A DNA stretch of 64,000 bases from an uncultured Candidatus Binatia bacterium (GCA_965213675.1 OZ243916.1:3200001-3264000), one strand, 5' to 3'; shown: positions 9,524 through 19,376, numbered from the stretch's first letter. Made by a program: numbers and translations. Notes: a model not told the origin generated them from the sequence alone.

Positions 9524-10234
9524 ATGCTGCGGCCCATCATTCAGATCGCCGGAATCCGGAACGAGGCCGAGGCGCGGATGCTCGTGACGAGCGGCGTCCA
9601 CCGGCTCGGCTTCCCCATCGGCCTGGACGTGCATGAGGAGGATCTGCCGGAAGCCGTGGCGGCCGAGGTCATCCAACGGCTCCGCATCGGTCCTCAAGCC
9701 TGGCTGATCACCTACCGTCGCGAACCGCGCGTGGTGGCCGCCATGTGCCGGCGGCTTGCCTGCGCCGGCGTTCAACTGCACGGCGACACGGGTCCGGAGC
9801 CGGTGCGGCGGCTCCGGACGCTGTGCCCGGGCCTCCAGGTGGTGAAGAGTCTGGTCGTCCGGGAAGGCAACCTGGCGGAGTTGGAGGAAGGGATACGGGT
9901 GTTGGCGGCGCACGTGGACGGTTTCATCACCGACACTTTCGACCCGGCCAGCGGCGCGTCCGGGGCCACCGGCAAACCACACGACTGGAGCGTGAGCCGC
10001 CGGCTGGTGGAACTGAGCCCGCGGCCTGTCATACTGGCGGGTGGATTGACCCCGGAGAACGTGGCCCGGGCCATCGAAGCCGTCCGACCCGCGGGAGTCG
10101 ACGTTCACACCGGTGTCGAGGACGCCGCCGGCCGCAAGGACCCCGCGCGGGTGCGGGCGTTCGTGTCGAGCGCGTCGGCGGCCTTTGCCGCCCTTGATCG
10201 GCGGACGGCACGGGCAGGGAACGCAGGATCATGA
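9524..10234 (+). CDS. trpF: phosphoribosylanthranilate isomerase (TrpF-like)
   Basis: QIAGI, VQLHG, GATGKPHDW, ILAGGLTPENV, GVDVHTGVE..GRKD. Confidence 0.85.
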   Translation: MLRPIIQIAGIRNEAEARMLVTSGVHRLGFPIGLDVHEEDLPEAVAAEVIQRLRIGPQAWLITYRREPRVVAAMCRRLACAGVQLHGDTGPEPVRRLRTLCPGLQVVKSLVVREGNLAELEEGIRVLAAHVDGFITDTFDPASGASGATGKPHDWSVSRRLVELSPRPVILAGGLTPENVARAIEAVRPAGVDVHTGVEDAAGRKDPARVRAFVSSASAAFAALDRRTARAGNAGS

Positions 10235-11229
10235 ACGTGGTTCAGGAAACGGGAGCGACAATGAATCTGGGATTGAGCCCGTTGCAGGGCACCGACAGCT
10301 TCGCGGAAACCATCGAAGAGTGCGAGCGCGCGGAAGAGGCGGGGTTCCATTCCGTATGGCTCGGGGAACATCACAACAACCCGGTGCTCTATCCGGCCCC
10401 GCTCCTGGGGCTCGCCGCCATTGCCGCGCGCACCCGCCGCGTGGCGTTGGGCACCGGGGTGCTGCTGTTGCCGCTTTACCACCCCATGTGCGTGGCGGAG
10501 GAAGGCGCCATGGTGGACATGATTTCCGGCGGCCGCCTGATCCTTGGAGTGGGGGCGGGCTACGCTCCCGAGGAGTTCGCCGCCTTCGGCCTGTCCGTGA
10601 AGCAGCGCGGCAGCCGGTTGGACGAGGGGGCCGCGCTGCTTCGGCAACTCTGGACCGAGACCCACGTCACGCATCACGGGCGGCACTTTCACGTGGAGGA
10701 CGCCACGGTGGGGCCGCGGCCGGTGCAGCAGCCGCCGCCCATCTGGTTCGGCGCCTGGACCGCCCCCGCCATCCAGCGCGCCGCCCGCCTCGGCGACGCC
10801 TGGCTGGCCGGTCCGTCCGCCGCTCTTTCGGAGTTGTCGTCGTGCGCCCAGGCCTATCGTCAAGCGTGCTCCGACCTGGGCAAGACGCCCGGAGAGATCG
10901 CTGCGTTCCGCTATGTATTCGTCGCCGACACCACCGAGCAGGCGCTGGCGGCCGCCGGTGAATCCTTCATCCAGGCCTACGAGAACATGTACTTCCGCTG
11001 GCCCCATCCGGTGATCAAGCGGCCCCCCGGAGACCTCACCATCCAACGCCTCGCCAAGGACCGGATCATCCTGGGCGATCCCGAAACCTGCGCGCGGGAG
11101 ATCACGCGCTTCCGGCAGGAACTGGGGCTCACCCACCTCATCTGCCGCTTTTCCGTCCCCGGCATCTCCCGCCAGGCGTCCGCGTCATCCCTCGACCTGT
11201 TCGCGCGCGAGGTGATGCCGGCACTGTAG
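10231..11229 (+). CDS. LLM-class flavin-dependent oxidoreductase
   Basis: AEEAGFHSVWLGEHH, VAEE.A.VD.ISGGRL.LGVG.GY, P.PVQQP.PIW. Confidence 0.92.
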   Translation: MNVVQETGATMNLGLSPLQGTDSFAETIEECERAEEAGFHSVWLGEHHNNPVLYPAPLLGLAAIAARTRRVALGTGVLLLPLYHPMCVAEEGAMVDMISGGRLILGVGAGYAPEEFAAFGLSVKQRGSRLDEGAALLRQLWTETHVTHHGRHFHVEDATVGPRPVQQPPPIWFGAWTAPAIQRAARLGDAWLAGPSAALSELSSCAQAYRQACSDLGKTPGEIAAFRYVFVADTTEQALAAAGESFIQAYENMYFRWPHPVIKRPPGDLTIQRLAKDRIILGDPETCAREITRFRQELGLTHLICRFSVPGISRQASASSLDLFAREVMPAL

Positions 11230-11295
11230 CGAAACCGCTTGGGAGCTTGTGCCGCCGGAATTCGCGATGGGGTTCTTGCTTTCATGCCCGTGAGG

Positions 11296-12288
11296 TCAGG
11301 GGGCGTCGATGGCTTCCAGGCGTGACAGGATCGCGCCCCAGTCCCTGGCCAGCGTGGGGTCCGCGGCCATGCGCTCGCGGACGCGCTTCCGTTCGTGGCT
11401 CACGGCGGTGTAGTCGAGCCCGCCCAGTTGCGCGCCGATGGCTTGCTGGGTCATGCCGGCATGACGGTGCATGAGTTCCATCAACAGGCCGCGCGGGTCG
11501 CGACAGCGGCCCCGCTTTCGTTGCAACCGCGCTGGCGGCAGTTGGAAGTAGGCCGCCACCGCGGCGGTAATCCGGGCGGGGGAAACTCGCCGCGCGCGTT
11601 GCGGCGCCGGGGTTTCCGGACCCGCCCCGGCTGCGTCCGCCGACAGTCTCCGGGCGGCGTCCCAGAAGCGGTCGTCTCCCAGGACCACTTGCCCGCGCAC
11701 GGCCTTCCACGGAGCCGGCACGCGCTGCTCCAAGCCGTCCTGCACGAACCGGCCGTAGCGCTGCCGTGATTCCCCCACTGCGGCGAGCACCGCATCGTAG
11801 TGCACCCACGACTGCCGGCGCCGCGCCGACACGTACCCGCCCAGGCTGGTCCAGCGATACAGCCACAGTTGCCGGACCTGCTCGGGAATCGACGGCCGCG
11901 GGCGGAGCACGCGTACCGGATTCATGTGCACGTACCGGCTCAGCGTGAGCAGGTATGCGTCGGGCTGGAACAGGATCGCCTTGAAGCGGCCCTGGTAGAG
12001 GTTGCCCGCGCGCCGGTGGCGCCGGTTGAAGAAGGACGTGTACGCGACGCTGAAGTGCCGCATGAAGTCGGACAGGTTGGCCCCGGGGGTTTCCACCATC
12101 AGATGGAAGTGGTTGCGCATCAGCACGTAGGCATGCAACCGGACATCATAGATCTCCAGCGATTTCCGCAACCGTTCGAGAAAAGCCTGACGGTCGTCGT
12201 CGTCCGCGAAGATCCTTCCGCGGTTGTTGCCGCGACAGGTGACGTGATAGTGCGCGTGCGGATACTCGATCCGTAAAGGCCGTGCCAT
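11296..12288 (-). mobile_element. REP-associated tyrosine transposase (RAYT / IS200-like Y1 HUH) with C-terminal DnaA-C-like HTH
   Basis: MARPLR..YHVTCRGN, YVLMRNHFHL (HUH), QGRFK, YVHMNPVR, YRWTS; C-terminal IGAQLGGLDYTAVSH. Confidence 0.9.
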
Positions 12289-12375
12289 GGCCCTCCCCGG
12301 TGTACAAGATCTGACCCCAATTGCGCATTATCCCTCTGGCGGGCTTCATGTCAAGCGGCACGGAACCCCGAAGGA

Positions 12376-13404
12376 TCAGTCCGGCAGGCGCGCTATGATC
12401 GCATCCGCGAATGCCTCGGTTTCCAGGTCTCCGCCCAGGTCCCGGGTCTTGCAACCCTGGTGGAGGGCCGCGTCGTAGGCGGCCTGGATGCGTTGGGCGG
12501 CCCGGCGGCAGTTTTCGTCCTCGCGTGTGTCCGCCAAGTGGTTGAGCATCATCACCGCGGACATGAGCATCGCCAGGGGATTGGCCACGCCCGTGCCGGC
12601 GATGTCCGGCGCCGAGCCATGCACCGCTTCGAACACGGCCCGGTCCTCACCGAAATTGGCCCCGGGAACGACGCCGAGTCCGCCCACCAGGCCGGCGCAC
12701 AGGTCGCTGATGACGTCGCCGTAGAGGTTTTCGAGCAGCAGCACGTCGAAGCGGCTGGGATCCTGCACGAGCTTCATGCAGCCCGCGTCGATAATGGCCT
12801 CCTCGTACTCGATGTTCGGGTACTCGTGCTGGTGGATGCGGCGGGCGCATTGCAGGAAGAGGCCGTCGGTGACCTTCATGATGTTGGCCTTGTGGAATAC
12901 CGTGATCTTGCGGCGCTGGCGCCGCGTGGCGAAGCGGAACGCCCAATGGGCGATGCGCAGGCTGGCGCTCTTGGTCGCCACCTTCATGCTCATGACCACG
13001 TCGTCGGTCACCTGGTTCTCGACGCCGCTGTAGAGTCCTTCGGTGTTTTCGCGCACGATGATGAGGTCCACGTCGTCGAAGCGCGTCGGCACCCCGGCCA
13101 GTGAACGCACCGGGCGCACGGCAGCGTACAGGTTGAGCCGTTGGCGCAACTGCACGTTGACCGAGGTGAAGCCCTCGCCCACGGGAGTGGTGCACGGTCC
13201 CTTGAGGGCGATGCCATGGTGCTCGATGGCCTCCGTGGTGGACTCCGGGAGCACGTCCGGCCCGGTCTCCAGAGCGGTCACGCCGGCCTGGCGTTCAACC
13301 CATTGGATGGGCGCCTGGGCCGTTTCGAATACGCGGCGCACCGCCGCGGTGATTTCGGGGCCGATGCCGTCCCCGGGAATGAGTACTACGGAATGTGTCG
13401 TCAT
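12376..13404 (-). CDS. isocitrate/isopropylmalate dehydrogenase family (NAD-dependent IDH-like)
   Basis: IPGDGIGPEI, RENTEGLY, HKANIMK.TDG, NLYGD..SDL.AGLVGGLG, FEAVHGSAPDIAG. Confidence 0.93.
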   Translation of the reverse strand: MTTHSVVLIPGDGIGPEITAAVRRVFETAQAPIQWVERQAGVTALETGPDVLPESTTEAIEHHGIALKGPCTTPVGEGFTSVNVQLRQRLNLYAAVRPVRSLAGVPTRFDDVDLIIVRENTEGLYSGVENQVTDDVVMSMKVATKSASLRIAHWAFRFATRRQRRKITVFHKANIMKVTDGLFLQCARRIHQHEYPNIEYEEAIIDAGCMKLVQDPSRFDVLLLENLYGDVISDLCAGLVGGLGVVPGANFGEDRAVFEAVHGSAPDIAGTGVANPLAMLMSAVMMLNHLADTREDENCRRAAQRIQAAYDAALHQGCKTRDLGGDLETEAFADAIIARLPD

Positions 13405-13727
13405 GGTTCAGAATGCTGGGTCCGGCTGCCGTGGGTCATCGCTCTTCAGGCGTGTTCATGCGTGGCGTCCGCACGAGGCGCAAGTATAGCCGGACTTGAG
13501 CGGCTTGGGAAAGTCGGGCGAAGCGGGTAGCATGGCTCCCGCGTGGGCGGCGTGCCTTTCGAGGGCGTGTGCCGCGTGGGTTTGGCTTTTTCAGGCCCTT
13601 GCCGGCAACGGACCCGGAGGCTGCGGGTTTGCTCGAACCGTGGCGAGGGGCAGGGAAATGGACCCGTTCCCCCGCCTCTTATCGGTCTATTGATGAACCC
13701 GGCAGGCTCCCGGGGCGAGGGAGGACC

Positions 13728-14633
13728 ATGTTCGAGGGATTCGCGACACACGATATTCGCTGTGAGAACGCCACGATCCATTGCCGCGCCGGCGGCCGGG
13801 GCAGGCCGCTCCTGCTGTTGCATGGATTCCCGCAGACCCATGTGCAATGGCATCGGCTGGCGCCATTGCTGATGAATGAGTTCACGTTGGTTCTCCCGGA
13901 TCTTCGCGGTTACGGAGAGAGCCGGGGACCCGCGCCCGACCCCCGGCACACCCACTACTCCAAGCGCGAGATGGCCCGGGACATGGTTCACGTCATGGCG
14001 GCGCTTGGGCATGAGCGGTTTGGCGTCGTGGCGCATGACCGGGGCGCCAGAGTCGGCTATCGGCTCGCGCTCGACAGTCCCGAGGGGGTCACCCACTTCG
14101 TGAGCCTGGACACCGTGCCGACGCTCGACTCCTGGGAAGCCACGGACATGAACGTCTCCATCCGGCGTTTCCATTGGTCCTTCCTGGCTCAACCCGCACC
14201 CTTGCCGGAACGTTTGATGGGCGCGGACCCGGATTTCTTCATCATGCATCTGCTGGATCGTTGGGCCGGGCGACCGGGCGTGTTGGAACCGGCGGCGGTG
14301 GAAGCGTACAAGGCCGCGTTCCGGCGACCCGGCGTGCGGCAGGCCATGGCGGAAGACTACCGGGCCGGCGCAACGCTGGACTTTGAGCATGATCGGCAGG
14401 ATCGGCAGGCGGGGAAGAAACTCGCATGCCCGGTGCTGGTGTTGCGCGGGTCGCCACGCCGGCCCAAGCCACTCCGCCCGGTCTGGGAACGGTGGGCCGA
14501 TGACGTGTCCGAGGCGGCCTTGGACTGCGGCCACTTCATCGCCGAGGAAGCGCCGGAGGCTTGCGCGGAAGCCATCCGGCGGTTTCTGTTGGGCGAGCAT
14601 GCCGGTCATTCCCGCGAGGAGCTTGCGCCGTAG
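13728..14633 (+). CDS. fluoroacetate/haloacetate dehalogenase-like alpha/beta hydrolase
   Basis: HGFPQ, DLRGYG, YSKR.MA.D, HDRGARV, FHWSFLAQP, EDYRA, CGHF; GGAGG RBS. Confidence 0.88.
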   Translation: MFEGFATHDIRCENATIHCRAGGRGRPLLLLHGFPQTHVQWHRLAPLLMNEFTLVLPDLRGYGESRGPAPDPRHTHYSKREMARDMVHVMAALGHERFGVVAHDRGARVGYRLALDSPEGVTHFVSLDTVPTLDSWEATDMNVSIRRFHWSFLAQPAPLPERLMGADPDFFIMHLLDRWAGRPGVLEPAAVEAYKAAFRRPGVRQAMAEDYRAGATLDFEHDRQDRQAGKKLACPVLVLRGSPRRPKPLRPVWERWADDVSEAALDCGHFIAEEAPEACAEAIRRFLLGEHAGHSREELAP

Positions 14634-14649
14634 GAATACGCGAAAGCGA

Positions 14650-14748
14650 AAATTCGCCATCGCCGTCCCTTCGGCCGCTCGATTTCGTCAAAACTGACTT
14701 GATATTCTCCTCAATCGAGGGGCCGAAGGGACGGATGAGAGCGGATTT
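14650..14748. repeat. long imperfect inverted repeat (~35-nt arms)
   Basis: ccgtcccttcggccgctcgatt ... aatcgaggggccgaagggacgg. Confidence 0.7.
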
Positions 14749-14947
14749 GCAGCCGTGAATTCCTGCGACGCAAGCTCCTGGCAGCGGTTGGGGTCCATCG
14801 AAGCGTAGCGAGAGGTAGAAACAGGGGCCACCTGCCTTGCTGTGGGGTGACTCGGATCCATTGGGGCGAGACGCCATCGTCCAAGTGGCAATGGAAAGAA
14901 TTCCTGGATCGTTGACAGATCGACAGGTTGCCGGCGTGGAGCGAGAG

Positions 14948-15778
14948 ATGAGCACACAGGTGGAAATACGGCTCGACGTTCCGTACGGGGGAGGCCCCGA
15001 CGGCAAGCTTTGCAACGACGTGTATCTGCCCACCGGGCCGGGGCCCCACGCCGCGTTGCTGTGTTTCCACGGCGGCGCCTGGGCGCACGGGAGCCGGCGC
15101 CAGTATCAGGAGTGGGGGCCGTGGCTCGCGGCCCGCGGTTACGCCCTGGTGGCGGTGGAATACCGGTTGTCGAAGAACGTTTCGCCGTCGTGGCCGGGCG
15201 TCCACGAGGACATCCGCCGGGCACTGTGCTGGCTTCTGGAGGAGGCCCCGGGGTTGCGCGTGGACCCCATGCGGCTGGGCCTCGTGGGCGACTCAGCGGG
15301 CGGTCACATGGCGGCGCTCCTTTCCCTGGACGACTGGGTCCGGCCGCACCTGCGAGCTGTGGTGGGGGTCTACGGTATCTACGATCTGCTGGACTGGTGG
15401 AAGGTCACCCAAAAGCGCAAGGACGACCCGGTGGGCCGGCTCATGGGCAAGACGCCTGCCCAAGCGCCGGATGACTACCGCCGGTTCTCACCGCTTCAAA
15501 GGGTCGAGACCGAGGGAGCGCCGCCTGGAGTCCCCTACCTCGTCATCCACGGCGCGCAGGATCCCATCGTCCACCACAACCAGTCCGAACGCTTCATCGC
15601 CGCGCTGCGCGCCGCCGGCGCCGAGGTCGAGACCTTGTTCGTTCCCGACGCCGGTCACTCGTGGTTCACCTACCTGCCGGGCGAGCCCGACCGCCGCCGG
15701 GTGGATCAGGAGCCCAACGTCACCGTCGCGCCCGTGCTCCTGGCGTTCCTGGAGCGCAACTTGGCATCCCGCGGTTAG
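14948..15778 (+). CDS. alpha/beta hydrolase (HSL-type esterase/lipase)
   Basis: FHGGAW, GDSAGGH, HGAQDPIV, AGH; start MSTQVE approximate. Confidence 0.9.
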   Translation: MSTQVEIRLDVPYGGGPDGKLCNDVYLPTGPGPHAALLCFHGGAWAHGSRRQYQEWGPWLAARGYALVAVEYRLSKNVSPSWPGVHEDIRRALCWLLEEAPGLRVDPMRLGLVGDSAGGHMAALLSLDDWVRPHLRAVVGVYGIYDLLDWWKVTQKRKDDPVGRLMGKTPAQAPDDYRRFSPLQRVETEGAPPGVPYLVIHGAQDPIVHHNQSERFIAALRAAGAEVETLFVPDAGHSWFTYLPGEPDRRRVDQEPNVTVAPVLLAFLERNLASRG

Positions 15779-15886
15779 AACCACCGTACTCCTTGTTGCC
15801 GGCGCGCGAGCGGAATGGAATGTACAGGAGGGTTGCAAACCCGTCCGTGACTGCACCGCCAGCCAACCACGGTCGACACACGGGCT

Positions 15887-16804
15887 TCAGCGATACTGGG
15901 CGGCGCGGCGCTGCCGGAGGAATTCGCCGGCGGCGATGGGCGGATACTGCGCTGGACGCCCGGGGTTGCAACAGGAATCGAGACACCGGACCGTAGCCGC
16001 GCTGTTGGGATTGTAGAAGAAAACGGTGGAGTACCGGGACTGCGCCATGTTCGCGGCGGGCAGGGCCACCCGGTGCTCGGGTGAGCGGAAGATGCCGTTG
16101 CTCCAGCGTGACAGCAGGTCCGCCACGTTGACCGTGACGGCGCCGGGCGCCACCGGGACCGTCACCCAGCGGCCGTCCACCAGCGCCTCCAGACCTTCCA
16201 CTTCGTCCTGGAAGACCAGCGTCACCGTGCCGTAGTCCGTGTGGGTTCCGGCGCGCAGTTGGCCGTCTCCGGCGGGCTGTATCAGCGGTGGGTAGTGAAA
16301 GAACCGCACGGTGCTCGCGTGGGGCGCGTGCTTGTCGTCGAAGAAGTCCTCGGGCGCGTCCAGGGAGAGCGCCATGGCCCGGACCAGCGTGGCGCACGCG
16401 CGGGCGCCGGCTTCGTGTAGCTCCAGCACGGTCTGCCGGAAACCGTCCACCGGAATGTGCCAGCGGTCCAGGAACTCGAGGCTGGCCCGGTTCAGGCTGA
16501 AGGACTCCTTGAGGTCCCCCGGCCGTTGCGAATCGAGGTGTTCGATGGCGACGCCGACATATCCCGATATGACGTCCAGGTCGGACCGGCCGATGGCTTG
16601 CTTGACTTCCGCGGGCAAGGCGAAGAATTCCCTGGCCTTGGCGGAGACGCGCTGGATCAGCCCGGCGGGCAGCGGCAGGTTGACGACATTGAAAAAGCCG
16701 TACCTGCTGCACGCCGCGCGGACTTCTTCCGCGACCCGGCGCCGCGCGGCCGCGTCACTGCTGAGGAACGGGCCGAAATCGATCTTCGGAATAACCGGTG
16801 CCAC
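15887..16804 (-). CDS. isopenicillin N synthase-family 2OG-Fe(II) oxygenase
   Basis: IPKIDF, GFF, HYPP, HTDYG, NVADLL.RWSN, HRV, RYS. Confidence 0.92.
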   Translation of the reverse strand: MAPVIPKIDFGPFLSSDAAARRRVAEEVRAACSRYGFFNVVNLPLPAGLIQRVSAKAREFFALPAEVKQAIGRSDLDVISGYVGVAIEHLDSQRPGDLKESFSLNRASLEFLDRWHIPVDGFRQTVLELHEAGARACATLVRAMALSLDAPEDFFDDKHAPHASTVRFFHYPPLIQPAGDGQLRAGTHTDYGTVTLVFQDEVEGLEALVDGRWVTVPVAPGAVTVNVADLLSRWSNGIFRSPEHRVALPAANMAQSRYSTVFFYNPNSAATVRCLDSCCNPGRPAQYPPIAAGEFLRQRRAAQYR

Positions 16805-16967
16805 GGCCTGTCCTCTACGATGAAAATATCGTTAAATCAACCATTTGTGTGGATATAGTCCAAGTTCCGACCCCGGATCGGGGCGTACTCCGCCGACGTC
16901 ACGGCCACCGGCGGCGCAAGCTCCCAGGTCCGACGCCGCGCGTACCCCGGCGCCGGGCGCGCCCGGG

Positions 16968-17573
16968 TCAAGCGTCCACGGAATCCGTCAAGCGGGTGGC
17001 GCCGGCTTCGGTGACGAGCCGTTCCAGCCTGTCGTACGGTTCGGCGCCGACGATGGCCAAGCCCTCCGACAGGTACGTGGGCACCCCGCGTACGCCCAGG
17101 GAATGGCAGCGCTGCCAGTCGTCGTTGACCTCCTGCTGGAAGGTCCGGTCGGACAGGACCCGGCGCGCTTCCTCCACCGGCAGGCCCGCCTCTTCCACCA
17201 GTCGGAGCAGGGCCTCCGGCTCCCCGATGTTCGCCGCGTCGACGAAGTAGGCGCGGAACACCGCGTCGTTGAAGGCGTCTTCCCGGCCCTCGCGCTTGGC
17301 CCATTTCGCCAGTTCCTGGGCCAGCCGGCTGTTGTAGCTGAACTTCCGCTCCGTGAACGGCAGGCCCTCGCGCGCGAGCATGGCATCCACCCGGCTGGGA
17401 CCGCTCATGTTGCGCGGCTTGCCTTCGGTGGGAGTTTCGGGGTGCAGCGGGAACTGAGTGTAGACGACGTCGAGATCGTAATTGTGCCTGAGTTTCTCAA
17501 TACGCCCGGTACTGAGATAGCACCACGGTCAGACGAAGTCGGAGAAGACCTCCAGTGTCACTCGATCAGCCAT
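16968..17573 (-). CDS. DsbA/FrnE-like thiol oxidoreductase, probable selenoprotein (U15-P-W-C18)
   Basis: reading upstream of the 146-aa ORF in frame gives MADRVTLEVFSDFV-TGA-PWCYLSTGRIEKL...FPLHPETP; AGGAG RBS; C-terminal GVRGVPT cis-Pro loop. Confidence 0.85.
17495..17517 (-). promoter_or_regulatory. bacterial SECIS-like stem-loop
   Basis: TCTCAGTAC-CGGGC-GTATTGAGA: 9-bp stem (one G-U) with a G-rich loop, starting 11 nt after the TGA at 17531-17529. Confidence 0.7.
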
Positions 17574-17915
17574 CGGCATCTCCTTTCCCGCGCTCCGCGG
17601 GGTTTCCATGCGCATCCAAAAGTGGCGCCATGGTATCAGATCGGGCTTGGCCGTGCGACCGGATCACGGCGAAACACAAGGTCCTCCACCGTTCGCCGAA
17701 CGCCCTTATCAGCGCTCACTCCGCGGTCAGTGTGGAGGCCGCCGGCCTCACCGGGTTGTCGATCTTCGCCCCGCGATCCCGCTCGACCGGCGCGATGTCG
17801 TGCTGGCTCTGGAGTGCGAGCCAGAAACCGGGGAGATTGCCGAAGTCGCGCCGTGGCCGGATGGACTGGTTTTGACGGATGGCCTTCGGTACCATGAGGA
17901 CTCGCCGGAGGGGAC

Positions 17916-19376
17916 ATGAGCGAGATACGATTCATCGACACCACCCTGAGGGACGGGCATTTGAGCCTGTGGGCGCTGCGCATGCGCATTGGTCACATGC
18001 TGGGCGCCGCCCGGCAGTTGGACCGCTGCGGCTTCGAGTCCATGGAGTTCTTCGGCTTTGCGAGCATCATCAAGCAGGTGCGCGAGCTCAAGGAGAACCC
18101 TTGGGACTGGGTGCGGCTGGGGGTCCGGGAGTTTTCCAGGACGCGGCTGCGCTACCACGGCGGCCTTGGCTCGGGGTTCGAGCCCATCCCCGCGTGCGTG
18201 ATCCGGCTCGTGCTGGAGCGCGTCATTGCCCACGGCATCACCCTCACGCGCTCGTCCAACCCGTGGAACGACTACGCCGTGCTGGCCAGGGAGATCGAGA
18301 CCTTGGGCAGGATGGGCATGGAGGTGGTGGCCAACGTCATCTACTCGGTTTCCCCCAAGCACACCAACGAGTACTACGAACGCAAGGTGCGGGAGCTGGC
18401 GGCGCTGCGGCCGTACCGGATCTGCTTCAAGGACGTCGGCGGGTTGCTGACGCCGGACCGCACCCGCGAGATGCTCCAATTGGTCATGGCCAATGCCGGC
18501 GACATCCCGCTGGAGTTCCACGCCCACTGCAACAACGGTCTCGCGCCCTTGAACTACGTCGAAGCCCTGAAACTCGGCATAAAGACGCTGCACACCTCCA
18601 TACCTCCCCTGGCCAACGGCTCCGCCCAACCTTCCATCTTCAACGTGGCGGCCAACGCCCAGGCCATGGGATTGACGCCCCGGGTGGACTTGGAGGCGGT
18701 GAAACCCGTGGAGGAACACTTCACCCGCGTGGCGCGCCGGGAGGGCTTCCCGTCCGGCTCACCGCGGGAGTACGATCACGCCCAGTACCGCCACCAAGTG
18801 CCCGGCGGCATGATTTCCAACCTGCGTTACCAACTCGGCGCCGTGGGCATGGGCGACCGGCTGGAAGAGACCCTGGAGGAAGCCGGCCGTGTGCGCGAGG
18901 AATTCGGCCACCCCATCATGGTCACGCCGCTGGCCCAGTTCGTCGGTACTCAGGCGGCGGTCAACGTCATGGTGGGTGAGCGCTACAAGGAGGTCACCGA
19001 CCAGAGCATCCAGTACGCGCTGGGGCATTGGGGAGAGGAGGGCGCGCGTCTCATGGACCCGGAGGTCAAGGACAGGATCCTGAGTCGCCCGCGGGCGCGG
19101 GAGTGGAGTTCCTGGGTCCGGCCCGAGCCCACGCTGGACGAGGTGCGGCAACGGTTCGGCGGCCCGGGCGTCTCGGATGAGGAAATGGTGCTCCGGGTCA
19201 TCGCCGGCGCGGACTCGGTCGACGCCATGTTGCGCGCTGGCGCCCCCAGGGCATTCCTTGACGCCGGCCGTCCGGTTTCCGCGCTGCTCAAGCAACTCGC
19301 CGGCGCCCGCGAACTCCGGCAGGTCCACATCCGGCAGGGCGGCCTGTCCATGCACTTGGGACAGAGCGAAGGCTGA
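17916..19376 (+). CDS. stand-alone pyruvate/oxaloacetate carboxyltransferase (PycB/OadA-like, no biotinyl domain)
   Basis: DTTLRDG..SLWA, ICFKDVGGLL.P, EFHAHC, HQVPGGMISNL, GHPIMVTP..Q. Confidence 0.85.
   Translation: MSEIRFIDTTLRDGHLSLWALRMRIGHMLGAARQLDRCGFESMEFFGFASIIKQVRELKENPWDWVRLGVREFSRTRLRYHGGLGSGFEPIPACVIRLVLERVIAHGITLTRSSNPWNDYAVLAREIETLGRMGMEVVANVIYSVSPKHTNEYYERKVRELAALRPYRICFKDVGGLLTPDRTREMLQLVMANAGDIPLEFHAHCNNGLAPLNYVEALKLGIKTLHTSIPPLANGSAQPSIFNVAANAQAMGLTPRVDLEAVKPVEEHFTRVARREGFPSGSPREYDHAQYRHQVPGGMISNLRYQLGAVGMGDRLEETLEEAGRVREEFGHPIMVTPLAQFVGTQAAVNVMVGERYKEVTDQSIQYALGHWGEEGARLMDPEVKDRILSRPRAREWSSWVRPEPTLDEVRQRFGGPGVSDEEMVLRVIAGADSVDAMLRAGAPRAFLDAGRPVSALLKQLAGARELRQVHIRQGGLSMHLGQSEG

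Noticed and set aside
14650-14748. Integron attC site
   Set aside because: No RYYYAAC/GTTRRRY core ends and no integrase or cassette array
16968-17573. dsbA-like gene as a nonsense pseudogene
   Set aside because: The stop is TGA exactly at the catalytic Cys with an adjacent SECIS-like hairpin and no other lesions, so Sec recoding is more parsimonious
17608-17919. 103-aa ORF overlapping the carboxyltransferase start
   Set aside because: No recognisable domain; lies in the divergent promoter region
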